Assembly (NCBI GenBank): GCA_025201805.1 | Contig: MU619278.1 | Coordinates: 56,787 to 120,786, forward strand | From: Parasitella parasitica NRRL 2501 | Lineage: Eukaryota > Fungi > Mucoromycota | Reading direction: 5' to 3' | DNA: 64,000 nucleotides | Shown here: piece after piece, positions 1 through 12,183 of the stretch | Numbering within the stretch: position 1 is the first letter of the stretch | Layout of the letters: each line of letters starts with the position of its first letter | Position numbers and translations under genes: made by a program | Notes under the pieces: model-generated | The model's input: only the letters and a program-made list of their open reading frames with translations | What the model was told of the DNA's origin: nothing | Database searches by the model: none

Positions 1-1439
1 CTAAGTGGACTGATGGGAGGATAAGATACAAGTGTGAGACATGGTGTGATTTAGAGAATGGAACGATAGATTATATCTATTGTCCATGAACATGTCATGT
101 TGAGTTATAAATAAGGAACATGATCCATTGGGATATGTTCCTGAATTGTGTTCAGGATTGAGTTTACTTGAGTTTGACTTCCGGTTGCATCAAATTCAAC
201 GTTTTATTTAATACTTTTCTTATTTCGATCTTTCAGATCTCAACAAAAGTACAGGTAAATCACATCCCGCAACCGAGCCCTCACAACAATGCATTATGTT
301 TTTTTTTTTTTTGTTTTTTTTGTGTATTATGTGAAAAAATACGCATTCGTCTTCCCTATTAAAGAAAAAAGAGGGTGCACGGCCCACATAGATATTGTGT
401 CTTCAACAACACCTATATGACTGACATGTTATCAAAAAAAAATTACAGAAAGAGGCCTTCCTCCCAGTAATATTTCCTGTGATTTTTTCAAGATATAAGC
501 AAAATACAAGCTCGCTGGTAAAGGAAGCCAAAATTCCTAATTTTTCAAGGAGTGCAATCTTTGAACTTTTTCAAGAGCATACATTGCCATTATTCAAGAT
601 TGAATATCAGGGGTTATAAAATTTTAAAGTATACTTTATGTACATATGGCTGTTGGAAAATAAAACATCTAGAACAACTCAAAAGTTTAGGAGTTATTAA
701 ATAGATAAGACCATGCATATATGCATGATCTCGTTTCCAATGGAATGAGTAAAGCCACATTTTCTTTTCTTGAATAGTGCCTCATTTCATCATTTAATTA
801 TTTAATAACGATATCAAAAACACTAGCAGAATTATGCTTGTTATGCACCTATTCATAGATTCAACAAGAGTCTATGTTTTAAAAGTCTTTAACATGCATA
901 TTTTCTTTGTAAATAATAGATTGCCCCCTTTTGCAGAAACCAATGTATATACGGTACATGCTCAAAAAAAGCTTTTTTTATCTTATAACACATGCATGCC
1001 CTTTGCAATGATTAAATCAATATAACTCTACACAGTCTCAAGTACTCGATAATAGTCTGTGGTTTTTTAAAATAAAAATATCAATCGCGTCAAGGTTCAA
1101 AGAATCTTTAGGAAATAAATGGAAGTGCACTTGTATAAGAGCAGGCTCATAGTAGTATATACTATTTCATCGGTATGTAACATTGTCTATAGTATAAATC
1201 AATAAACCAATTATGTGATATAAACTTTTAATCACGAAGATTTTAGTCATAATGCGACATGCATCACTCGTATATTTACGCTGTATACATCATACAATGA
1301 AATTATTAGGCTTTGACCCATTTATATCTATCGTAAGAATTATGTAAGTAGTATATACAAGTTTCCTAAAAAAGCGAACAAAAGCATTTTTATCTATATA
1401 TTGGATCTATGATGCCAGCAATGGCAAAATCATAGCAAC

Positions 1440-1965
1440 ATGAACACTAGACTCGCACTTTTACTTTTCGTCCTAACTCTTATCCAAGGAATTCAATCCT
1501 ACTGTGTTTATAATAAAATGTCTGACGACACGAGCTTTAACATAGCGCAAAGTAGTGGCAAGGATATTACAACCAGGTAAGAATAATTCATAGTAGTTTG
1601 ATTCTCATGCTTTGAACGCTCATATTGCGTGTGTTTAGACTTTTCAAAAAGTATTTAAAGAAAGATGCCAAAGAGTGTTGCCCTTATACAACATGGTCTT
1701 GCAATTCGCGCCCAATCAGCTATGACGAAACCTATTTTACAGTAAGTTTTCTTTATGTTGTAAACACATTGCATTGACAATTTTGCAATAATAGATCAAA
1801 TTCGATTTTGCCAGCGGGCATAAAACATATCCTTTTGGTGCTAAATGCACTAGCGGTGGAGGTCTGGCCATCTATGGAACTGCAGAGGGATTTTGGGCTG
1901 AATGTACTCTTGCAAATGGAACTATGATCTCAACTCATCTCTTTCGCGACATATTAAAACTCTAA
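1440..1965 (+). CDS. Small secreted cysteine-rich protein (136 aa, 3 exons), unknown function
   Basis: Exons 1440-1576, 1639-1741, 1795-1965 joined by GTAAG..TAG introns give an open frame MNTRLALLLFVLTLIQGIQSYCVYNKM...ECCPYTTWSC...KCTSGGGLAIYG...ECTL...LKL*. Hydrophobic signal peptide, 6 Cys. Absent from the ORF track. Confidence 0.85.
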
Positions 1966-2029
1966 ACCCTGAATACATGGGCTTTATTTATTTGGATTAA
2001 TAAAGATACTATAGACATTTTATGAATGG

Positions 2030-3276
2030 TTATGAGTGGGAGGAAGCATGTGCAGCTTGCACGGTAGATAATCTTTGGTCGTTTTCTGTTGGAGTAGTGA
2101 TAGATTTAGGATTCTCAGTTGATTCAATGCCATACAAAGTGTTTATATGAAGATAAAGATCATTCAAAGTCAAAATTTGCTTGGGTCGATGACTTGGTAT
2201 ACTAAAAACATCTGCTATCATTGCGGGTGAAAAGTCTTCGTATGACAGTTTGGTTCTTTCTAGCAAGACAGCATTCCAGCCTGCCTTCGTTGCACCTATG
2301 AAGTTAATGGCCAGTAAGCGCCCTGCATATTACTGCTTTCCCGTTATGTAAATACCAAAATAATCCCTAGTATAACATAAATAGTTAGCATCAATGGCAG
2401 CATTACCTATATATGCAACCTACTTATCCACGTCGTCGCCCACATGCAAAGCATTTTCAGCATTCACATTTCCTGCCAGTTCGAGGGCCTTTTCGTATAT
2501 TTCCTTGGTTGGTTTCTCGCATTTGACCAAAGAGCTGGCAATCACAAAATCAAAATATTTGTTGAGGTTCAGATTTTCAATCACTTTAACTAGAATGATG
2601 CAGTAGGCAATATGAATATCAAGACAATATGCAGGAAGAAAACTAACAACACTTTACCAATTCTTTCATCAGAATTACTAATAACGCCCATTTGAAAGCC
2701 ATGCTGTTTCAATTCGTTCAACGTTTTCAACACATCTGGGAATATGGAATAAGCCTCGGCAGTTGTAAATCTGGTGTACAATGCATTGAATAATTGATCA
2801 AAATTTCGGTCCAAATCTATGTGAATTAAAGATTATAATTGTGTCCGTTTTCTCCAACTGCAGATTTGTAAACTTTTACCTTTTGATTGTATACCAGCAC
2901 TTATAAATGTAGAGTAAACCAACTAAATATGCTTTTTGTTACATAAGCGCTTTCCATACCTTTTTCATTGCAACATTTACCTCTTCCCACCAGTGTCGAG
3001 GTGCCATCCCTTTGCTTATGCCATAGAAAGGGGCTCTTTTGAGTTGCTTTTTATACATTTGGCCAAAATTTTGATTAATCTGCTCTCTATTAACTTTTAT
3101 ACCAAACTTCTTGGCCTCTTCAACCTACAAATATGTTATGACATGAATTGGCTTACAGCCATCCTATTCCCCGAGTTATTTAATCTTACGTATTGAGCCG
3201 AGAGACTTCCTTTTGGTTTAAATAAAGTATTGTAAGCATCGAATGTGATAAGCTTAATTTTTCTCGAGGTTGCCAT
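2030..3276 (-). CDS. HAD-superfamily hydrolase (HDHD3/REG-2-like), multi-exon
   Basis: N-terminus MATSRKIKLITFDAYNTLF (motif I), GVISNSDER (motif II), CEKPTKEIY and LHVGDDVDKDYFG-type motifs III/IV across spliced exons. Confidence 0.88.
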
Positions 3277-3465
3277 GATGTAGTCTTTGGGATAAAGTAA
3301 GAAGAAGCAAAAAAAAAAAAAAAAGAGAATAGCATGTCTAGATTCATAATCTTATTTAATGCGTCTCGTGCAGCCAGTCACATTGATATTACATCTGATT
3401 AGATCTGCTCAGATTGTGGCAAGGTACCAGTACATTACAGTTGATAGCCAATTACTCCTTTTTAT

Positions 3466-5310
3466 TTATGTAGAAATGTGTCCCTTCAGTATTTTTTCAT
3501 TCTCTTCCCAATCTGATGACAATAGAATAATATTTCTTTGAAAGTGAACTTCAATTTCTCTCATTTGTTCCCAAGTTTTTTTGCTATCAACAAAGATAAT
3601 GCTGACACCAGTGCGGCCAAAACGACCAGTACGACCAATTCTATGAAGATATGCCTCAAAATCAACTTGGCCACGACTATCAGTAGGAATGTCATAGTTA
3701 ATGACTAAAGAAACCTGTGAAATATCAATGCCGCGTGAAATCACATTGGTTGAGATCAAGACCTTGAACTCGCCCCTACGGAAATCGTCGATAGCCTTGT
3801 CACGATCAACAGCCTCCATTTTGCCATGAAGTACATTAACTGAGTGTCCTTGTTTTTTCATACGCTCAGCAATTTTCTCGGCAGAATTACGTGTCTTACA
3901 GAAAATGATGCTCTGACTGACAGTTAATATATCGTAAATGTTGCATAATGTCTCGTATTTGTGTTCGTCGTTGTCACAATCTACATAAAACTGCTTGATG
4001 GCATCAACGCTCAACTCTTCGCGCTTCAATGTAATTTCATTTGCCTCGGGTGCGAATTTGGTTGCAAATTTACGGACATGGTCAGGGAATGTAGCTGAGA
4101 ATAATACAACTTGAGTCTTCTCTCCTAAAAGATTTTTGATACGGATACTGTCATCACCCAAACCGTCCTGATCCAGCATGTTGTCGGCTTCATCCAATAC
4201 AAAGATCTTGACTGCTTTAGCAGGTAAATGCTTTCTTTTGATTGCACCTAGAACAGTACCAGGTGTCCCAACAACAACTTGACTACAAACAACCTCATTT
4301 CGTTTAAGTGAATCTTTGATAACGAGTTGTTTGGTAATTTTGGTAAATTTGCTCATGCCATCCACCACGTCCATAATCTGACGAGCAAGTTCGCGAGAAG
4401 GAGCAAGACATATGGCCTACCACATAATTCAGTATGAAATTACTTTGGAATCTACAAAAGCTTACTTGGGGAGCACCGATACCAGTATTGATTCTTGTAA
4501 GCATAGTAAGGACAAAAGCAGCAGTCTTACCAGTACCACTTTGAGACTGACCGATCATGTTTCTTGGGCTGAGATAATGTAGTTATCTATAAATATGTGC
4601 ATTTGACAAGTTAACCAGAAACTTACGGATCTTGTAATAATAATGGAAGAGCCCTTTCTTGAATTTTGGAAGGCTTAGAAAATTTCATGTCGTATAAACC
4701 ATCAAGTAATTCAGGACTAAGACCGAGCTCCTCAAATGACTTGACAGAATACAATGTTGAGTTGGGATCAGCTTGTTGATCGGCAAGCTTAATTTGAACA
4801 GCATGTGTACTTTGAATCAAATTATCCTCTTTAACGTAATACTAGGTAAGTTCATTGATATGTTGTAATGGTTGTCAATAAAAATCTAACCTGCGTCGGC
4901 GTCTTTGGCTATGAGATAAAGTATCAGTTTGTTAATAATATGATATAATCTAGTCCAGTAGCTGAGTGAACGTTACCTGGTGAAACATCAGCAACAACAG
5001 GAGCTAATGTCAATTTTTCAAAGCAAATTTTTTAAGTGATAGGTTCATTATATAAAATTATAGCTTACGTTCAGTGACAAGGTCTTCCAGCTTTGCTGTA
5101 ACAGATTCAACAGTATCTATCATATATCATATGAATAACAGGCGAGTATTGCCTAGTTGATGGCTCGAGAATAAATGAATGCGAGCATTGCCTTTTTTTC
5201 TTCTTCACGAAGCACGCGAATAAAGGATTTCCGTGTAAAAGAGCCATGCTTTATCTCTTTATTCTCAAGCAGCATCAAATAGCTTGCTTCTGTATTTACA
5301 TACCTGACAT
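3466..5310 (-). CDS. DBP5: DEAD-box RNA helicase Dbp5/DDX19 (mRNA export)
   Basis: [59 protein letters not shown]. 5' end rebuilt from micro-exons 5304-5310, 5069-5116, 4977-5003, 4891-4908. Confidence 0.95.
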
Positions 5311-5458
5311 ATCACAAAATATCAAACGAGTGGAGTTTGCCAGAAAGTGTTTAGATTAAGTGTAAAAGGAGGGTTTAGATGAAATAGGGTGCTTTTCATT
5401 TAAAAGGCGCCTATGACGCAGCGCGTTTCGTTATAAGTGGCCCTGCCTCTTCCTTCTG

Positions 5459-6043
5459 ATGCCTCAACGTACTTACGGGATTAACCTAGGAGAACAAACA
5501 AAGAAAGTTATGTTAAGAATAGCTTCAAATTATAACAGAGCATCTAGTGAGTATATGGAAAAAAAAATTTATCGAAAATTCAAATCTTTGGACAGTATAA
5601 TGAATAGTGAACAATCAAGTACAACCAGTAGTTGCTGCTGCTGCTGCAAGAAGAAGCCAGAATGCAGTATTTTGAAGACGATCAAGGGTAACAGTTTTCT
5701 CAATCATGTATCTTTAAAGGCTGGGCAAGTGGAGAAAGAAGGGGAGCCATTGATTGTTTTCGATAACGGAATGTTCAAGAAAGATGCAATGTTATTCGGG
5801 CATCCTTGAGAAAGCTTCGTATGATTACGGTTATTATTGAAGATTTGTAACAATTACTATATGAAAATATTGAAAATTGCAAATCATGTTTGTGGCTGCA
5901 GTGAAATGGGCACGAAATACTGGGGTAATGAAATGTGAACGCTGCTAAAGGAATTTGATTAGGACCTTTTGGCAATGTGGAATGGAAGTAACCTGCCAGA
6001 TGCTTTCCAACGATTCGATAAAAGTAATCAGCAGCGTCAGTAA
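5459..6043 (+). pseudogene. Degenerate Fanzor1/TnpB-like RuvC nuclease remnant (C-terminal half)
   Basis: Collinear fragments across frameshifts and stops: PLIVFDNGMFKKDAMLFGH, MITVIIEDL (RuvC-II-like), a Cys-containing stretch, W..NVNAAKGI (RuvC-III RDVNAAKNI-like), AMWNGSNLPDAFQR. Confidence 0.6.
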
Positions 6044-7195
6044 CAACGAAAACAATAAAGATGCCCCTCCAGGCACTTTTACTCACTACAATTAAAGTAT
6101 CTTTTTTTTTATTTAAAAAAAGCTAAATTCCAAGTTTAAAAATTTCTCATTCCCAAAAGATTTCAATGTAGTTAAAGAGCTATATTTCTATGGACATCGT
6201 CGTTTTTGAATGCTGGACATTAACTGCTGATAAAAGAATAAGGAATACTCAACAATATTGCATGTAAAAGTTATAAACAATGCTTATTCCCCCTCTTTTT
6301 CACCACGGTACATTCAATATCCTGAATATCTTATCCTTGTACACAAGATTTCAAGTGGCAAATTACTGTAAATGAAAAGAAAAGACAGGGCAAAGGTTCA
6401 TTTTAAGATTAAAAACCTTGAGAAAGTTGAAGATTATACTCGAGTCTATACGACAGTTTCAATAAGAGCCGGCCTCCTTGAGTTTTCACAGAACAAGGAA
6501 AGTAAAATTTTTTAAGGAGAAGGATTTGATACATTAAATGAAATCAAATTCAAACTCTTCACGCTGAAAAAGCACAATAATCTATATTTTCAATTCTTTG
6601 CTTGTGGTGGGAGGTATATACACTTCGTGCGATATAATGACCATAGCAACAAAAAAGGGCTTAACCATGTATATGGCATCTTTTTGATAGATATCAATGA
6701 CGAAGTCGATGATGGCCGGTACATGACATACAATAGGGTGCCTCTCCTTCCCCTGAGTACATGTATAAATATACAAATCAATGCAAGGAAGCCACTGCAT
6801 GACAGATAACGACATAAATTTCTTTAGTCTTGCTGATTGTTGCCCAGAGCGTGTAAATGTAATGAAATTCGGTGAAATTGACATGCTGTTATTAGCAATT
6901 GTGCACAGTATGCTCGTACAAACGTTCACGAAACAAAGAAAAGGGAGTGTTCTTACAAAACAGGCTGTATCTGGAGTGCTACATATGTAGTGTGTTGCAC
7001 TTTTTTTTTTACTCGGTTCTACGTGTATACATATGAACGATTTCAAAGAGGAAACATGCTCCTATGAATATATATAGGCAAATGTATAAATATATAAATC
7101 AAGGGGGTGATGATATATACATGGAATCATAAAATGTTTTGATGGATGTCTTTTTCTTTTCTCTCTTTCTTCTTTTTCTTTCATATATAGACAAC

Positions 7196-8607
7196 ATGTA
7201 TTATTCGCTTGATTTCGCTGCCGGCATCACCCATCTTTGCATAGAAGAAATTAGAAAAAGAGGGCTGCAGGAAAGAAAAATATTCCGTAAAACCAGTATG
7301 TGTACACATGTATATGCTGGTGCTGCGTGGAATTGACTCTTTGTTATTTAGTGCCCAATAGTGGTTTATTCATCAAGGTGTTCAGCAAGCAAACGTGCAC
7401 AAGCCAAGATTTATCGGCTGTAGAAATTCATTCTGTGGCAACCTTGATGCAAGACGCTCTATGGAGCAGCCAAGAGCGCATTATTTCCAAAAAAGCATGG
7501 AGATCAATCAACTACGAGAGTATGTCGTATATACTAGCAAGTGTTTATATATGTGTACATGTACTAACAGTCAGCATAGCCTGCACACTATCAAGGCTCT
7601 CGTCAGTCATTACAAGTAAAGCAGAGCAGCTGTTGATTGACATTTTGGACTTCTTGGTGGAGCTGATGCAGTACAAAAGCGTGAATCTAATGGATGCATA
7701 TAAATTGGGAGATGCATTAGGTAAAGTTGTACTGGGGCCAGCAGATTGCGGTCCAATTATAGCTGAAAAGGCGGGCCATTTCTTGACACGCATGATTATC
7801 GAGCATGCCAAAGTCCTCAAGAAGCATCGCGAGCACTCACTAGATATCCAGCAGCAATCATCACTACGCCGTATTGATTCTGGCTTTCACCACTCCTCAC
7901 GTCATAGTTTCTACACTGAATATCAGCCAATATGTAAATCGCAAGGCACACAAGCTAGAGCCAAATGTTACGATAGGGTCGTGATCAAAACTAAATGGGC
8001 CAGCTTCGACTGGTTCGAAAACACTGTCGGGGTTAGGGCCATGCTGGACGACGAATACGAATTTGCCCCTGATCCGCCCGAAAAGCCTTGGATCTCTATA
8101 TTCACTTCGTCAGAAATGATTAAATACCATAAAGATATGAATGCCTCGCCTATTCTTTATCGTATTCTACGAGAAGCATCCAAGCCGCTGTCGCCACATG
8201 CAAAAGCATCGACTTCGGATCCATTTGCAGCGTCATATTTGTTCAACAAGTCCAAGATATACTGGGCAGAGAGGCAGATACAAGACGCTTTTATTGAATT
8301 CCATCCCCAGTATACAAACCGTAACGGGTCGCACGAAAATTCGGGTGCAGGAGGTGACAGATCTAACCCGTTAAAGAAACTCAATCATTCACTTTCTCAT
8401 ATCAAGTTGAATCTGAAAAAATACAGATCGAGACAGGATTTGCTGGATGAAAGCGTGATTAGCGAAAATACAACTATTGCAGCAATTGAAGACGAGCAGC
8501 CGCAGACAAAGGAAGCCAATGAAAAGTCCGGCGCAACTAACATGAGAAACGTGATGAAAAAGATGATTAAAATCGGCGGGTATCATAGTAGCAAAATTGT
8601 CGTTTAA
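7196..8607 (+). CDS. Divergent RhoGAP-like domain protein (3 exons)
   Basis: CIEEIRKRGLQERKIFRK, IHSVATLMQ, NLMDAYKLGDALGKVVLG follow the RhoGAP pattern. Introns at about 7296-7351 and 7520-7579 remove the hydrophobic read-through segments seen in the ORF track. Confidence 0.65.
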
Positions 8608-11600
8608 ATAAACAAGCATGCATTCATGAGCATTGAAGCGCCTCTTACATTTCAGCCTCGATTCGATGCTTGTTGGTCGTGCAAATATGTAATGTCTTTT
8701 CTCTTTGCGCCTTTTTTGCTTCTCTTTCTCTTGTTCAAACTAGAAGCATGATAAATTTTGAAGAAGAGACATCATGAGACAGGGTTTCAGCGACAAACGT
8801 AACCACTCGGCATCATTGAAGAGAGCCATGGGAAGAAAAGCCTCCTGTGTGAGCGCCCTGCCAAAGCCAATTGGCCTTTTGGCCGGGACCATCTCTCATT
8901 GCATTGTCCTTCCTTTTTCACCCCACCATCAAAGTCATAGTTTTGATATCAAGACAGAAGAACTGCTAACGGCGTTAAATGAGCAATAAAAGATGACCCT
9001 AATCTTAAAAGTTGTAACTGAATACATCAATTTACTGATAGATACGGAATTCAGTCTAAAATTATAGTCGATGCAATTATGGTACCGCCTTGTGCATCGT
9101 TGTGAATCATCGTCAAAAATAAAGAAAAAAAAGAACACAAGGGGAGGGGGGTTTTGCTGCTAGCAGTTAATGAGATTAACACTAGAGAGATCCTTCCTTT
9201 AAATTTCCAAGAGAAATGTCTTGGAAATCCTTGAAAACTGATAAAATACGAATACAGGCAAGTTTGTGCTCTAAGTAACGCCCTCAATGTAACATTAACT
9301 ACAACATCTCCAGGTTGCCCAATTAGAAGTTTTCAGCTTTTGATTATTCATGAATTCAGCTACGTCCCAGCTAAAGTCCTTGGCGTTACAATATTACGTG
9401 TAGCTTGGAGTATACAACTTTTGTAAGACGAGGGATTGCATTCATTAAAGATTTTTATACAAAGGTGCTTGCCTACAAGACCCTCCCAAAACTGACAATA
9501 TCGGCCCTTTTCAACGAGGATTAATAATTTCCTAATGGCTTGTTCGATGTAATGGTCAACTACTTTGGAAAACGTTCGAATGTTTTAAAGAACCAGGGGG
9601 GGGGGATTAGACCTTGTTAACAAAAGACACCATACCATGGAAAGATTCTGTATTACAAGTATTTAAAAGATATATAGCTCTTAGCGTTACGACACCAATG
9701 TTGTCATCCTCAATACGACGCATGGCCTTAAAATGAGCCCACTTGAGACAGCTTTGCGACCTGATGATCACTCAACCCCCATTCATCACCTAATTGAAAT
9801 TGCAACTTGATATCTTGCAGTTTTTATATGGAGAGATTTGAACATATTTACTCGGGGCCTTATGGCAGACTCTTGACCAGTTCTGGTGCTTAGCTGACTC
9901 GATTAAAAAAAAAACGGTAGTTGTAATAGAATAGCACACAACCTACTCGCCGATATCGGCTTTTTCAAAATGGATTTATTGATTCCCTATGATGTATACT
10001 TCCAATATTCAAATACTGCGATAAAACAGAGTTTTGCTAAATTCACAGCTTTCAGCTGTAAACACAAACAATGAAGTCGTACGTTTATTACAGACCGCGA
10101 GTGTTTCATGTATGTCGTCTTGCCTGAAATCGCTGAACAAACTCTGTAAGAGTTTATATGCTTCATTACAAAAAAGTTTACGCTAAAATTCTTCCGCACA
10201 CTTGCTATATTGAAAGTTTGTCTGCTCAGGCTTTCTACTATGTTATCAAAAACGTGTAGGGTGATTATTTGGGTTACTATATTCAAAAGTCAACAAACAA
10301 AGCGCTATTATCAGCAAAAACATGTCGTTATAGTGGGAAAATACTGCGACTGAACATATTATGTATAGTTTGATACTGGCCTTCTGCTGTTACATGCTCT
10401 ATATCACTAAAAGGTGTGGAAAGAAGGTCCAAAATACTCGACCAAGTCTCTCGTTATGGAACCTCTAAAGCAATTGACGTTATATAAATTAAAAATATAT
10501 GAAAAAAAAAAGATAAGAGTTGCTACTGATGATGAAAAGAATTACTTAAGCAATTAGCTTGTTCAGATGCTCATAAACATCAAGGAAATCAGTACCCTTT
10601 CATTAAATGGTTCACCAATACTAGTCAGAATCGCTAGTATAAAACTAATCCATATTAAATGTTACATTGACTTGACCTTGAGTAAGTATTATTTCTAGGA
10701 TGCAGCCGTATTATATTGGTTCATTGGTGATCGATTCATATTATCAAAGTTTAAAGTTTCGGTTTGATATTATAATATAATCTACAAGGTTGAGTTTGGT
10801 TTTTCCATATAAAAAAGTTAGTTATTCCAACATGAGGTGGTCCTTTTCTTTCACCTGATGGCCAAATCGATTTTTTTTTTTTTTTACATCTTTCTTTTAC
10901 GTTTAGAAGCGTACGATCTCAAGTCTTGTTATAAGACAATGCGCAATCAAAGGTATGTGTCGCAAAGTAATCTGTAATTATCTAGATTTCCGTCTGTAAC
11001 ATATCCAATTCTCACTTGCTCTCCTGGAAAATCTATTAGCAGCGTGTTGCAAAGCTAATATTATATTCTTCATTTTAAGACCGTTTTGAACCTTCAAATA
11101 ATAAATCCAACATCAAGAATTGGAAATACTTATTTTCTACTATCAATGCTGTTGGATTTACTACCTCTCTAGATGTCAAACTATAAATAACATCAAGATG
11201 ATGTTCACAGTACATGAGGTTTGAAGAATTTTTATTCATAGAAAGCGCTTGTCGGATACTTTGTTTATACAATAGAACAACAAACATATCGTATTGACTT
11301 TACATTTCTCTTTAGGTGTAGAGAGAGAGAACTTCTCGACCATGTAGTGGATACAACGCTGAATCATTTATTAGCGGCTGTAGCCATTAAAAACGCTCCC
11401 TTCTATGAGACTTACAAATTATGATCATCATGGATAGTATATAAATGGAAAACTACATAAACAAGGTCAAGGGGCTTGTTTATGGAGCAATTTCTACGGT
11501 ATCCATCTTCCCAATGGCACGTCTGAAGGAATTGTTTTGATTTCAAAAACAACATTAACAACCTTACCCTTAGCCACTTAGAATATCAATGAGACTGAAG

Positions 11601-12183
11601 AAGATTCTAGTTCAACTTTGCTTTTTGTTTGAATGAGACAAGCTATACTATTCCAGAATGCATGCAGCATATAATCACAACAACTAAAATCAAGGTTAGT
11701 ATGATAATGTATGAAGATTGCATACTTATATCACTTTGATATGTTGAGCAAGCCAAAAGAGCACCAAATGAGACTTACTACAATGCATTTAGACACCTAG
11801 ACCCATCATCCAAGCAGTAATATGCATGCATGTATACATACGTTCCATCTATTACCTTACAAGAATTGTGTATTGATAAGATGCATACAGTCAAAACGAT
11901 TGATATTGTATAGTGGTATTAATTTTAACTTATTGATGTCTAAATATACAGGCTTGTTTTATTAGGAAAGATAGTAGGATAGATGCAAATGGTTACAAGA
12001 AAACAAGAGCACATATAGGCGGAATTCCCATCAAAATAAAAGATGCAAAGAGTAAAAAAAAAAAAAAGAAAAAGGATTATGGATGATATAACAGAGAAAA
12101 GACGATGGAGATGAAGAAGAAAGGCTTTTTTTTATGGCTATTGTACATTTGGAAAAAAAAAAAAAGGAAAAAAAGAGAAGGTA

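Noticed and set aside
3466-5310. RNA helicase as a marker of the Mucorales sex locus (tptA-sexP/M-rnhA)
   Set aside because: The helicase is clearly Dbp5, and no HMG-box gene or triose-phosphate transporter is adjacent.
6582-7046. Overlapping short ORFs on both strands
   Set aside because: No motifs and non-coding-like composition; probably the promoter of the RhoGAP-like gene.
9000-11300. Possible degenerate transposon or snoRNA-like boxes (e.g. TGATGA near 9762)
   Set aside because: No recognisable transposase motif, terminal stem or complete C/D architecture.
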